Positions 26,286-36,777 of a stretch of 64,000 bases of DNA are shown in pieces. Position 1 is the stretch's first letter; each line of letters opens with the position of its first letter. The notes beneath the pieces are model-generated. The model was not told the DNA's origin. It made no database searches and saw only the letters and a program-made list of their open reading frames with translations. The DNA is taken from assembly GCA_038231435.1 (NCBI GenBank), contig JBBRLJ010000001.1, forward strand, positions 1-64,000, in the 5' to 3' direction. Source of the stretch: Planctomycetota bacterium (GTDB lineage Bacteria; Planctomycetota; UBA11346). The position numbers and the translations under genes were made by a program.

Positions 26286-28832
26286 TCAGTGACGGAAGTC
26301 GTTGCGACCCGGCCGCAGGCGCATCCGGCGCTTGCCCAGGCGTAGCTCTCCGGCGAGTCCGCGCGGCATGGATATGGTGCCGGTCAGGCCGCGGCCACGG
26401 CGTTCTACCTCCATGGTGATATCTCCGGCCGCGTGCACGAGCGTGCCCGTCGCCCAACCCAGCGGGCCGAGGCGCGGAACGATGGTCACCGAGCCCGTTC
26501 CCAATCCAGTTGGGCGGATGCCGAGGATGGTGGTGAGCGCGTGATAGAGCGGATGCGCGCCCCAGGCATGGCAGTCGGATCTGGCCGGCTCGGGCTCTTC
26601 ACTGGTGGTGAGCAGTCCGGTGCGCGTGAGGGGATACCAGATGCGTTCGAGGCCATCGAATACGGCGTCGATGCCGCCGCCATGATGCACGGCCTCAAAG
26701 CGGTAGTGCGTAAAGTAGATGGTCGCGCGCGCCATCGTGTCGCGATCCCCGGCGTGCAACGCCGCGGCGAGGCGCGCGCGGCGCGAGGCGGGAACGGCGC
26801 CGCTGATCAACGCGAGGCATTGCGCGTGCTCCGAGCGGTGGCGCATGGCCTTGTCGTCGGCATAGAGTCCGCGCCGCGCATCCCAGAAAGAACGGTCGGT
26901 CCGCTGCGCGAGTTCGGCGGCGTGGCGGCGCCAACGCCGCGCGAGCTCCGGTTCGCCGAGCCAGTCCTCGAGCTCGGCGACCTGCCTCAGTACCCCCACC
27001 GCCTGCCAATTGATCACCGAGGAGGCCGAATCCATGGCCCCGGGCGGCACGCCCCAGTTGCGCACGTCTCGCGTCGTCGCGGTCCATTCCGGGACCCAAT
27101 CGGTGAAGTTCCAGCCCGGCAGCGCCGAGATCAGCCCCTGCCGATCACGACAGGCGAGCAGCGCCTCGAGCACCGAGCGCGCGCCCGGCATCAGTCCAGA
27201 CGAGAACTCACGATCGCCACGCCATAGCGCGTGATCGTGCACCATGGCCAGCCACCACATCGAGAACGGCGGAATGATCTGCGTCACCCGCGCCGGGTAA
27301 CGCGAGCAGGTCAGGCCTCGATCGGGCAGGCGCGACGCGTCGAACATGCGCAGCGCCTTGCGCACCAGACGATCGTCGCGCGCCCAGGTCATGGTGACCA
27401 GTGCCTGGAGGCGCGTGTCGCCGATGTACTGCAGCTGCTCGTAGTACGGGCAGTCGATGTAGGTCTCGTGCGAGCACGCCTGCAGGGTAGCCCAGGCCGC
27501 GTCCGCGACGGCATTCCAGCGCGGGTCATCGCAGGCGAATGCGCCATCCTTGCGCAGCGGATACCCGGTCGCATGCAGGGCGAAGCCATCGAACGCCAGC
27601 GGCTGGGCGCCAGTCTGCACAAACAGCTCGAGGTAGCGGCCGGCCTGCCACCACAGCGGCTCGAAGCGCCGGCCGCGTCCGCCATCGGGCCGGAAGATGT
27701 CGGACACGCCGATGAAGCACTTGTCGAGGATGACCGAACGATCGCCCTTGGCCCTCGCGTTGGCCTCGCCGCCGCCGCTGAGATGGCCGCTCGTGCCTTC
27801 GTACAATCCCTCGGCCCAGCCGAGCCGCACCAACGATCCGGCTCCGCCCGAGAGCGTCACGATGGGATAGGCGCACCGGTACGCTTCGAGATCGATGATG
27901 ATGCGACGGGACGTGCGCGCGGGCACGACCACCCGGCCGCCGTCGAGCAGCCGCTGCCAGGAGTGATGCTCGCTGCTGAGATCGTCAGCTGCGGTCACCG
28001 GGATCGCGGTGGTGTCCTCGCGAGCGGGCTGATCGATGAAACGGATGCACCCGGCGGGCAATGCCTCGGACCTTTGCGCGGGCAGCATCGCCGGTCTCAG
28101 TTGCTGCGTGCGCTCGTACTCGTTGCACAACGCGCCATCGACGGCGTGATGCATGCGCACGGCCGGCTTCCAGCCGGTGATGCCTCGGCCTGTTTCCAGG
28201 CCCCATGGCAGGAGTTTGCCATCGAGATCGGATTTATGTCCGGTTCCCCAGGCCACCGTGGGATCGAGGCAGCCATAGCCATCAAGCCGCACCGCGTCCC
28301 AGGGCGCGGTGCCAGTCGAGAACCGCTCGGCATGCGCGCCGTCCACGGCGAGCAGGAATCCCGGCCGCACCGTCATCTGCGCGTACGCGGCCTTGTCGCC
28401 GAGCGTCCACACCCGGGCCACCAGGGTGTGTGTACCGGCGGGCAGGCGAAGGCGGTACGACTCGAAGAACCAGTGGCGCTGATCGCCGCGTTCGGGTCCG
28501 CGGCCGACACGCTCGCCGTCGACCAGCAGATCATAGCGTTCGTCGGCGCTGACATGCATCACCAGACTCTGCGCACGGCGCAAGCGTACCCGCAGCCTGA
28601 ATGCGGTGGCAAACGGCGCGTCGGCGGCGCGCAGCGCGGAACCGTCGGATCCAGGACATCCGATCCACCATGCCGGCCAACGGCCGACCTGTCCCCACGG
28701 ACGCCCCGCCTGCAGCGACGCGAACGGATCCGCGTCGAGCATGACGCGCGCGCACGCAAAAGGCTTGGCACGGTTCCGCCCGGATCGGCTTCGATGCGCA
28801 TGGAGAGCCGACCCGGGCGATGCCCGACTCAT
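26286..28832 (-). CDS. Alpha-L-rhamnosidase family (GH78-like)
   Basis: HVSADERY, DCPYYEQLQYIGD, RSDCHAWGAHP; ATGA overlap with the upstream gene. Confidence 0.88.
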   Translation of the reverse strand: MSRASPGSALHAHRSRSGRNRAKPFACARVMLDADPFASLQAGRPWGQVGRWPAWWIGCPGSDGSALRAADAPFATAFRLRVRLRRAQSLVMHVSADERYDLLVDGERVGRGPERGDQRHWFFESYRLRLPAGTHTLVARVWTLGDKAAYAQMTVRPGFLLAVDGAHAERFSTGTAPWDAVRLDGYGCLDPTVAWGTGHKSDLDGKLLPWGLETGRGITGWKPAVRMHHAVDGALCNEYERTQQLRPAMLPAQRSEALPAGCIRFIDQPAREDTTAIPVTAADDLSSEHHSWQRLLDGGRVVVPARTSRRIIIDLEAYRCAYPIVTLSGGAGSLVRLGWAEGLYEGTSGHLSGGGEANARAKGDRSVILDKCFIGVSDIFRPDGGRGRRFEPLWWQAGRYLELFVQTGAQPLAFDGFALHATGYPLRKDGAFACDDPRWNAVADAAWATLQACSHETYIDCPYYEQLQYIGDTRLQALVTMTWARDDRLVRKALRMFDASRLPDRGLTCSRYPARVTQIIPPFSMWWLAMVHDHALWRGDREFSSGLMPGARSVLEALLACRDRQGLISALPGWNFTDWVPEWTATTRDVRNWGVPPGAMDSASSVINWQAVGVLRQVAELEDWLGEPELARRWRRHAAELAQRTDRSFWDARRGLYADDKAMRHRSEHAQCLALISGAVPASRRARLAAALHAGDRDTMARATIYFTHYRFEAVHHGGGIDAVFDGLERIWYPLTRTGLLTTSEEPEPARSDCHAWGAHPLYHALTTILGIRPTGLGTGSVTIVPRLGPLGWATGTLVHAAGDITMEVERRGRGLTGTISMPRGLAGELRLGKRRMRLRPGRNDFRH

Positions 28833-31120
28833 GGCTTGGCGACGTAGCTGGTGCGCCACGCGAAAGTGCGGCGTGGACCGGCTTCGACGACGATTTCGCT
28901 CACCGGCACCGTTGGCCTTGGGCCGTCCAATGCGAACAGGTCGGCGACGATAGCGGGACGCGGAAGGTGGATGACCTTGCGGCCGCCGGTCTGGGTATGC
29001 AGCGCCACGATCGAGCGGCAGGCGTACACCGCGTCGTCCTGATCCGACCACACGTGGGCGCCGGCGAAACGCGCGAGATTGCGCAGCAGCGCCGGACCGA
29101 AGTTCAGCATCCCCAGATACACCGAACGCCACGAGCCCAGATTCTTGACGGTGAATGCGGCCTCGCCCCCATCGCGCAGCCGGCCGAGCACGGTCGCCTG
29201 CGGATCATCAGCGAAGAACACCGGCCCGACCGAACCCTCGGTGCCGAAATCGAGCGCCGGTCCGCCGGCTGTCAACGCATCGCCATGGTCCTGGATCTGG
29301 ACTCGGATCTGCTGGCGTTGGCTGCGCCAGCCGAGCCGCGTGCCGATCAACTCGCTGGAGAGGTCGGCGCGCAGGCCGCTCTCGTCGAGAACGCCCGCGG
29401 CGTAGGTCCAACACATCACGCGGCCGTCCTTCTGCCACCGTCGGACGCCGTCCGCGCCCTTGGCGCTGATGTTTGGACAATTCACGAACACCATCAGCTT
29501 GTAACGGTTTCCCGGAAAATCCGCGTGGGCGAGATCCTCGATCTCGTAGATGTCGAACGGCACGCCGGCCAGGCCCCAGGCGCGATTAGCGAGATCGACC
29601 AGCAGGCCGTGGATCGATTCCAGCTCGAACCGCACCATCTCACCGTTCATCGCCGCCTGGAAGGGCGGCGAGCTCTCTGAGAGCACGAAGGCGATCTCGG
29701 CGCTCGAGGTGCGATCCCAGCCCACCGCCTGCTTTCCGATCGCCGACAGCTGGGCGATGGAGCGGACGAACGCGGGCCGCTGGTAGTCCCGACCGCGAAT
29801 ATCGAACCACCAGTACGGGCTGCCGGTGATGACGTTGCGCAGGTGCTCACGCTGGAAGATCGCGATCTGCTCTGCCTCGTCGCGGCCGCAATAGTTGCTG
29901 GTCCAGTTCCACACTCGTTCCGGAATGATCCCGCCGCAGGTCCGGGTCGGGATGTCCGAGGTATCGGCGGCCGCCCATGCGTCCTGCGCGTCCTGCGGTA
30001 GCGTTGAGGTGGTGACCAGGTCGACCTCGGTGTAGTGCAGCTTGCCATTGAGGTTCAGCGAATGCGGAACGCCGAGATAGCCGGACGGACCGCCTGGATA
30101 GCGGCAGTCATAGCTGGTGATGTCCGAGACGAAGTCGATCCACGAACTGCGGTTCAGGCGCTGGATCAGGCCGTGGCCATATTCCTGGATGTAGCTGTAG
30201 ACGCCGCTCTCCCACCACAGGTAGCTGTGGAATCCGCCGACGATGATCGGCGTGCGGGTGGCTTCCTTGGCCACGCGACAGAACGAGATCAACGCGTCGG
30301 CCAGCGATTCGGCGAGGAAGCGGTAGTAGTCGATCGCCTGGCGATCTTCCTTGGGATCGCGCAGGCTGTAGGGCCCCCAGATATGGCTGCCCTTGCGGAT
30401 GTGGCCGGTGGGGCAGGACGCGGTCGCGAAGGTCGGCAGGTCGCGCGCGACGACACGGCCGTTGACGGTGCCGGCGTCCACGCCCTTCCACGCCGCCTGC
30501 AGGGCGCGCTCGTCACCGCCATAGGCGCGGCTCAGCCAGGAGCGGAATTCGCGGGTGTACACCTGGTGGTAGTTGCCGCGCGTGAGTTCGCCAACGTCGA
30601 ACGGCAACCACTCCTCGGTCGCTCCGGCGTTGAGCATGAACCCGACGACGCGTGGACTCCATTCGGTGCCTTCGATCCATGCGACGAAATCACCGATCAC
30701 CTCGCGGATCGCCGCCTGCCAGACTGACGAGTGGATGACGCACACCGACATTCCCTGCGGCGATCCGGGACTCGCGGGGATGACCTGGTGCACTTCCGTG
30801 GGATTCGCCTCGCCGAACCAGCCAGCGACCAGACCGAGACGCACGCGGATGATCCACTTGGTGTCCCCTGCATGCGCCGCGAAATGCGCGAGCTTCTTCT
30901 GCGCGTAGCTCCAATCGTACTTCCGCGGACCCTTCCAGCACTGCAACGGCACCTCGATCCAGATCATCATCACCTCGACGCCGCTGGCGACGAAATCACG
31001 GATCACCGCCGGATCATCGAACGCGGTACTGGTGGCGGTCATGCCGTGCAGGGCCTGGCCTCCGGCGACCATGGTCGGTACGCCTCCGATGGTTTCGATC
31101 ACGGTTGGGCAGAAGGTCAC
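28829..31120 (-). CDS. GH42-like hypothetical glycoside hydrolase
   Basis: TIM-barrel-like N-terminus (YDWS, GATEEW, YTEVD) and a trimerisation-like C-terminus; no signal peptide. Confidence 0.65.
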   Translation of the reverse strand: MTFCPTVIETIGGVPTMVAGGQALHGMTATSTAFDDPAVIRDFVASGVEVMMIWIEVPLQCWKGPRKYDWSYAQKKLAHFAAHAGDTKWIIRVRLGLVAGWFGEANPTEVHQVIPASPGSPQGMSVCVIHSSVWQAAIREVIGDFVAWIEGTEWSPRVVGFMLNAGATEEWLPFDVGELTRGNYHQVYTREFRSWLSRAYGGDERALQAAWKGVDAGTVNGRVVARDLPTFATASCPTGHIRKGSHIWGPYSLRDPKEDRQAIDYYRFLAESLADALISFCRVAKEATRTPIIVGGFHSYLWWESGVYSYIQEYGHGLIQRLNRSSWIDFVSDITSYDCRYPGGPSGYLGVPHSLNLNGKLHYTEVDLVTTSTLPQDAQDAWAAADTSDIPTRTCGGIIPERVWNWTSNYCGRDEAEQIAIFQREHLRNVITGSPYWWFDIRGRDYQRPAFVRSIAQLSAIGKQAVGWDRTSSAEIAFVLSESSPPFQAAMNGEMVRFELESIHGLLVDLANRAWGLAGVPFDIYEIEDLAHADFPGNRYKLMVFVNCPNISAKGADGVRRWQKDGRVMCWTYAAGVLDESGLRADLSSELIGTRLGWRSQRQQIRVQIQDHGDALTAGGPALDFGTEGSVGPVFFADDPQATVLGRLRDGGEAAFTVKNLGSWRSVYLGMLNFGPALLRNLARFAGAHVWSDQDDAVYACRSIVALHTQTGGRKVIHLPRPAIVADLFALDGPRPTVPVSEIVVEAGPRRTFAWRTSYVAKP

Positions 31121-31148
31121 GGCGGACTCCAGGATGCTGGGAAGAGGT

Positions 31149-31213
31149 TGGCGGATGGCGGATGGCGGATGGCGGATGGCGGATGGGAGATGGGAGAGGG
31201 AAGAGGGAAGAGG
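31149..31213 (+). repeat. Heptamer tandem repeat (TGGCGGA)5 grading to (TGGGAGA)2 and (GGGAAGA)2
   Basis: Read directly from the sequence. Confidence 0.92.
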
Positions 31214-31267
31214 GTATGCAGAGGTCGAAGCGCGCTCGCGCGACCGGCTAGCGGCGGTGGGTCAGGA

Positions 31268-31423
31268 TTAGTAGCATTCGATCTCGGGGATCCACGCGAC
31301 GAGGAGGAGGAGCAGCAGAGCGCGATGCACGCCACGAATGGGGTGCCAGGCGGTGCGATTCTGGTCTCGGCGATCCCGGTTTGTTGTGTGGTAGCAGTGG
31401 TGTTGGGCACGCATCGAGGGCAT
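31268..31423 (-). CDS. Small 51-aa ORF with one hydrophobic stretch
   Basis: AGGAG-N6-ATG; MPSMRAQHHCYHTTNRDRRDQNRTAWHPIRGVHRALLLLLLVAWIPEIECY. Confidence 0.4.
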   Translation of the reverse strand: MPSMRAQHHCYHTTNRDRRDQNRTAWHPIRGVHRALLLLLLVAWIPEIECY

Positions 31424-31774
31424 GGACGGCTCCTGGAAACCCTGATGGGGCCCTCAATCATATATACATATATATCACTAGGACAACGGACGACCCGGGC
31501 GATGGTGACGGCAGCGCGTGGGAAGGCAGGAGACCTCCCGGCATGTCTCCGCCAGTTCGTCGAATGCCTAAACCAAAGCCTGGTCTACACCTAGGCAACC
31601 CCCTCGACGCGTCCCCGTCCATAAGCTATACTCATGTATATGACTTTGGGACGGCCCAGGGAGCTGGCATGAAGGCCGCTGTGCCCGTCACTGCGCCAGG
31701 CCGCTGGCCCATCCCGTGCCGGCGACGGTGCACCGAGGTCGGCACGGGTTATCGTATCTTTCCAGGGGGGACGG

Positions 31775-34700
31775 GTGGGCGAGGCTGCTGACGATCCGTA
31801 CGAGTTGGGTCCGCCCATCGAGCAGCCTCCCGCAGCGGAGGGTGAGGCCGCGGGGGCGCCGGCCCCCGACAGCCCTTCGGCTGATTCCCCGCCTGCCGGC
31901 GAAGGGTCCGCTGCGACGGTCGCCGATGGCCCGGTGGTCAGCATGCCGATCAATCGCCCAACGCTGACCCAGCGGCTGGATCGCTACGGCATCAAGCGCA
32001 ACCAGGATCCCGCACCGACTTGCCCGGCTCCGACCGCTGGCGCTCCACCGTCCGCCGCATCACCGCTTGCCGCGGCCGGCGCGGCGCACTCGGCCGATCC
32101 GGCGGTGGATCTTCCGATCAACCGCCCACCGCTGACCCAGCGTCTCAACCGATACGGCGTCAAGCGCGCGACCTCGAGCGGGCAGCGCTTTTCGCCCGAT
32201 CACCAGTTGGGCGCAGGATCGGCCGGCATCGTCATGTCGATGCGCGACCGCAACCTCGCGCGCTCGGTGGCCGTCAAGTACATGCCCGGTCAGCTCAGCA
32301 ACATTGCGAGCGCGGACATCGAGGACTTCATCTCTGAAGGCCAGATCATCGCATCCTTGCAGCATCCGAACATCCTGCCGGTCTGCGATCTCGACGTCGA
32401 CGACGAGGGCCGTATCTACTACATGATGAAGGAGGTCGACGGGCATTCCCTCGGTTCGGTCATCCAGCTCTCCAAACCCGGAGCCCGCGCCGCCGAGATC
32501 GCCGACATCAATAGCGTGCTGCACATCTTCCTATCGATCGCGCGAGCCATCGCCTACGCGCACAGCAAGGGCGTCATACACCAGGACATCAAGCCCGAGA
32601 ACATCATCCTCGGCAAGTTCGGCGAGATCTTGCTGATCGACTGGGGCAGTGCTTTCCGCGTCAGCGACGTGAAAGAGAAATCACCGCAAGGCACGCCGCT
32701 GTACATGAGTCCCGAGCAGGCTCGTCTGCAGCAGGCGGATGCGCGCAGCGACATCTACTGCCTCGGCGCCACCCTCTTCCACGCTCTCGCCCTGCGCCCG
32801 CCGACCTGGTCGGACGATCCGACGACGTTCGAGGAGATGAAGAAGGAAGGCACCGTCATCGGTTTCAGCAAGGATGAGCTGCGCTTCATCCCTAAGGATC
32901 TCGCGGCCATCACCCTGAAAGCCATCGCCAGCGCGCCCGAGGCCCGTTACCCGACGGCCGACGATCTGGTTCGTGATCTCGAGAACGTCCAGGCGGGACT
33001 CGCGGTGAGCGCACGGCCGGCCGGCCCCATCGAATCGGTCGCGCGCGCCTTCCGCCGCCACCGCAAGGCCATCCTCGCTGTCTCCATTCCAGCCTTGGTG
33101 ATAACCTTGCTGCTCGCTGCGCTCATGGGTGAACGCATCAAGGAGCTGGCGAACTGGGGCATGCCCATCGCCACCGCGATCGAGGAAGGCCAACTGAGGG
33201 CGGATTGGCACGTCCTCTCTGGCGATTTCGACCTGAAAGACGGCAAGCTGGTGAGCCAGGCTGACAACATGTCGCTGCTGCTCTACGATAAGAAGCTGTG
33301 GGGCGACGCCGCCATCGAGTGCGACGCCACCATGCTTCCGGGTGGTCCGCCGTGCGACCTGTCGATCATGTTCGCCAGGACCGCCACCTTCGATGACAAG
33401 GGCCGCGGCGGAGCAAAGGACTACTACCAGCTGAAGTTCGGCGCCTTCGACGGCGCATACGCGTGCATCATGGGGCCGAAGGACCAGTACCTCGCGTACT
33501 CGGCCAAGCGGCCCGAACTCGGGCGGACCTACCACCTCCGGGCCGAGGTCGCCTGGGACACCATCACCATGTACATCGATGGCGAACGCATCCTCACCTA
33601 CCGGCACGACGTTCCGCTCAGTGGCGGATACCTCGGAGTCTTCGGTTACTACAAAGGCAAGCAGTTCGAGAACATCAGGATCTATTCCCATTCGGTGCCG
33701 CAGAAGGTGCCCGCGCTCGCGATCGGCGATTCGTACTACGAGAACGGGCTCTTCGAGCAGGCCGGCGAGCAGTACCAGAAGCTGATGAATTCGCATCCGG
33801 GGTCCGACCTCGGCGCCTGCGCCGCTTATAAGCGCGGCCTGTGCCTCGCCGCTCTCGACAAGCACGAGGAGGCTTCCGCGCAGTGGGCCCAGATCGCCGG
33901 CACCGCCTATGAGCCGCTGGCCCATCTCCAGGAGGTGAACCACCTGTTCGCGCAGAACGATCACGACGGCGTGATCGCCGGCATGAAGAACGTCGCCAAG
34001 TTCTGGCGTTCACAGGAAGCGCAGCAACAGATGCCGGTGCTGTGGGCGACCTATGTGAAGGATCTGATGTCGCGCAGCACCGAGTCGCCGCAAACGATCG
34101 CGAAATACCTCAAGCTCCACGACGACAGCCTCAAGGACTACCATTCCGCCGATTTCCAGGCCGCCGAAGCCCTGATCTATCTCGGCAGGTTCGACGAGGT
34201 GCTGTCGCTCTATCCGCTGCAGGAGCCGGTGTGCTGCTCTGCGTTGATCTACCAAGGCCGGCCCGAGGACGTACCCAAGCTCTACCCGCGTCAGCGCGCC
34301 AAGGCCGCGGATGCGCTGTTCACGATGGGGCTCTCCGAGCAGGTGGATCAGCTCTATCCCGAGGTCACCTGGATACGGCTGCGCGGGCTGATCGCGCGCG
34401 GCAAGGCCGATCAGGTCGAGAAGGTCTTCCCCGACGCGACCTGGGGCAAGGCCGAGGCCGCGGTCGTCCTCGGTCGGCTCGACGACATCGAGTGGATGAA
34501 GGACCAGGGCATCGGATACGTCACCGCGCTGCTGTTCAACGGCAAGGTGAAGGAGATCCCGAAGGAGCAGCCCGGTTACGAGGATTTCACCTGCATGATG
34601 GTCGAGGGCCATCCGCAGGAAGCTCTCGAGAAGCACCCGTATGACTTCACCCGCGCACTGTGGGCCCGCCACTATCTCGGCCTGCGCGAGTTCATCGCCG

Positions 34701-35149
34701 GCGACCAAGCCCAGGCCTTTGCGTCGTTCGAGCTGCCGATCGGCAGCGAGTTCCACCAGGAGCACTTCGCCTTCACCCACTACGTGATGGTGCCGATGCT
34801 GCATCAGCTCGGAGGCCAGAAGAACAGGCTCGCCGAAGCGTGCCGCCAGGTGGTCGAGACCAGGCGTTACGCCTACGAGCAGAAGCCCTGGCATTACGCC
34901 ATGTACCTGCTGGGGAGCATGGACGACACGGCCTTCCTGGCCCAGCCGCACTGCGTCTACGCCTCGGCCGACCTGGTGCTGTGCAAGGGCGTGCGCGCCG
35001 ACTCCGCCGGGGACAGCGAGCTGGCGCTGGCATCCTACCGCGACTACCTGCAGATCCCGCTCTACCGGCGAGCCAAGACCATCGATCCGGTGATCAATAC
35101 CTTCGTCGAATGGCGGGTGAAATCACTTTCGGAGCCCCAGCCGCGCTGA
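31775..35149 (+). CDS. Membrane Ser/Thr protein kinase with ConA/LamG-like and TPR domains
   Basis: LGAGSAG.V, VAVK, HQDIKPEN, DWG, GTPLYMSPEQ, SDIYCLG; TM helix; beta-sandwich; TPRs. Confidence 0.9.
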   Translation: MGEAADDPYELGPPIEQPPAAEGEAAGAPAPDSPSADSPPAGEGSAATVADGPVVSMPINRPTLTQRLDRYGIKRNQDPAPTCPAPTAGAPPSAASPLAAAGAAHSADPAVDLPINRPPLTQRLNRYGVKRATSSGQRFSPDHQLGAGSAGIVMSMRDRNLARSVAVKYMPGQLSNIASADIEDFISEGQIIASLQHPNILPVCDLDVDDEGRIYYMMKEVDGHSLGSVIQLSKPGARAAEIADINSVLHIFLSIARAIAYAHSKGVIHQDIKPENIILGKFGEILLIDWGSAFRVSDVKEKSPQGTPLYMSPEQARLQQADARSDIYCLGATLFHALALRPPTWSDDPTTFEEMKKEGTVIGFSKDELRFIPKDLAAITLKAIASAPEARYPTADDLVRDLENVQAGLAVSARPAGPIESVARAFRRHRKAILAVSIPALVITLLLAALMGERIKELANWGMPIATAIEEGQLRADWHVLSGDFDLKDGKLVSQADNMSLLLYDKKLWGDAAIECDATMLPGGPPCDLSIMFARTATFDDKGRGGAKDYYQLKFGAFDGAYACIMGPKDQYLAYSAKRPELGRTYHLRAEVAWDTITMYIDGERILTYRHDVPLSGGYLGVFGYYKGKQFENIRIYSHSVPQKVPALAIGDSYYENGLFEQAGEQYQKLMNSHPGSDLGACAAYKRGLCLAALDKHEEASAQWAQIAGTAYEPLAHLQEVNHLFAQNDHDGVIAGMKNVAKFWRSQEAQQQMPVLWATYVKDLMSRSTESPQTIAKYLKLHDDSLKDYHSADFQAAEALIYLGRFDEVLSLYPLQEPVCCSALIYQGRPEDVPKLYPRQRAKAADALFTMGLSEQVDQLYPEVTWIRLRGLIARGKADQVEKVFPDATWGKAEAAVVLGRLDDIEWMKDQGIGYVTALLFNGKVKEIPKEQPGYEDFTCMMVEGHPQEALEKHPYDFTRALWARHYLGLREFIAGDQAQAFASFELPIGSEFHQEHFAFTHYVMVPMLHQLGGQKNRLAEACRQVVETRRYAYEQKPWHYAMYLLGSMDDTAFLAQPHCVYASADLVLCKGVRADSAGDSELALASYRDYLQIPLYRRAKTIDPVINTFVEWRVKSLSEPQPR

Positions 35150-35212
35150 TGCGGTATCGGGCACGCTCGTTGCCCCTCACTGGCGCCACGGCGACGGGCT
35201 CCAGGACAGCGC

Positions 35213-35794
35213 CTAGTTCGTGCGTTCCCAGGTCCCGGTCGAGCTCGTGTAGGTGAACACGATGTCGTCCTGGGTCTTGGCGGGTGTCCCGGCCACGCTG
35301 GTCACCACGACGGAGTTCACGTAGTATCGTGGCAGGCCGCCTGGGATCGCCCGCGACCCATTGGTGATCGTGAAGCGCAGCCTGGATGTCTCGGGATCGC
35401 CGCTGAACGCATCGCAGATCTGGTCGGCCGTGCTCGACGTGGCGGCATTGGCGTAGGGGCCGCTGCCGCTCGCGAGGCGGTTCAACGGCAATTCGAGGTA
35501 CGGTGTCTTGCCGATGGTCGGCGGATTGCGCGCGAGGAACGTCCATGGCGAGGCGATGAAGTCCGCAGACGTGGGCGAGTCTCCCAGCACCGGATAGTCC
35601 GATAGGTAGAGTGTAAGGGCGCTGGTCACCTGCTCGATGATGCGCGTGGTGGCGACGCGCTGCTGCTGCCGTTTCAGCATCCCCATGACCGCCAGCACCA
35701 GCCCCGCGAGCATCAGCACGATGGCGATGGTGATCATCAACTCCAAGATGGTGAAACCGCGGGCGCGCAGACGTGGGAGCTGGTGGTCGCTCAT
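35213..35794 (-). CDS. Prepilin-type protein (GspG-like paralog 4)
   Basis: RG|FTILELMITIAIVLML; C-terminal DDI. Confidence 0.85.
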   Translation of the reverse strand: MSDHQLPRLRARGFTILELMITIAIVLMLAGLVLAVMGMLKRQQQRVATTRIIEQVTSALTLYLSDYPVLGDSPTSADFIASPWTFLARNPPTIGKTPYLELPLNRLASGSGPYANAATSSTADQICDAFSGDPETSRLRFTITNGSRAIPGGLPRYYVNSVVVTSVAGTPAKTQDDIVFTYTSSTGTWERTN

Positions 35795-36777
35795 TTGATC
35801 TCGATCGGAGTCGACAGCAGGGATTCGTAGCGGCGCGTCAGTCCGGCGGGCACGCGTTTGCCGAGCTTGGTCCCCGACCACGGCGGAGAGGCGAAGCTCG
35901 ACGACGACCAAGTGGAGGCCTCGCATACCAGGCTCGTCTGCGACCAGATGCTTGCCAGATCCGCGGGAGTTCCGGCGAGGGGCGTGATGAGCACCGGCCC
36001 CGCGGAGGCGACCGCAAGATAGACGCTGCGGTTGTACTGGTAGACGGTGCTGGCCTTCTTGAGCCGGTCATTGATCAGCGTCGATGGCGGCGGACCGGGA
36101 ATCGCCTGCGCGGTAACGGTGGGCTGGAACAGGCCGTAGACGATGACCAGCGGGTGACCCCATGCGTCGTTCCAGCCCTTCTTGGCGCTGCGATCATTCT
36201 GGTACGCGTCCAATGCTTCGTCGGGCACGGTCATGGCGTCGTCCCGGGGCAGGACATTCGCCGCCAGCTTCATCAATTCCACCGTCTTGAGCGGATTGAG
36301 ATCGGCGAGCGTCGCGGTGCTGACGAATCTCCGCCCTGGTCCAACCTGCTTCGCATCCGGCTCACCCTGGCTGATGGCCGCCGGCACCGCGGGAGCGGCG
36401 ATCACGGGATCGTCCTGATCGAGGAGATCGTCCTTGTTCCACGGGAAGCCGAAGTTGTGGATCTTGGTGACGTCCAGCCATGGGTTGACCGTCGGATCAG
36501 GATTCGGCGTGATGCCATCGAGAAACTTGATGTCGGTGACGCCGCCAAGACCGGCGTCGCGCTGCAGGACGAACGCCGCTGAGCCTTCCTGGATGCCGAC
36601 CTCCGACAGCGCCTTCTGGATGTTGTCCATGCGCTGGGTGGTATTGAGCACCTGGGCTGAGAAGCGCATGCGGCCGAGCATCGGAAGGAGCAGACCAATC
36701 AGTATCGAGATCACCACGACGACGATCAGCAGTTCGAGCAGGGTGAAGCCCCGGCGTTGCGCGCGCTGAATGGCCAT
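35791..36777 (-). CDS. Prepilin-type protein (GspG-like paralog 3)
   Basis: RRG|FTLLELLIVVVVISIL; DAWGHPL...SAGP. Confidence 0.87.
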   Translation of the reverse strand: MAIQRAQRRGFTLLELLIVVVVISILIGLLLPMLGRMRFSAQVLNTTQRMDNIQKALSEVGIQEGSAAFVLQRDAGLGGVTDIKFLDGITPNPDPTVNPWLDVTKIHNFGFPWNKDDLLDQDDPVIAAPAVPAAISQGEPDAKQVGPGRRFVSTATLADLNPLKTVELMKLAANVLPRDDAMTVPDEALDAYQNDRSAKKGWNDAWGHPLVIVYGLFQPTVTAQAIPGPPPSTLINDRLKKASTVYQYNRSVYLAVASAGPVLITPLAGTPADLASIWSQTSLVCEASTWSSSSFASPPWSGTKLGKRVPAGLTRRYESLLSTPIEIK

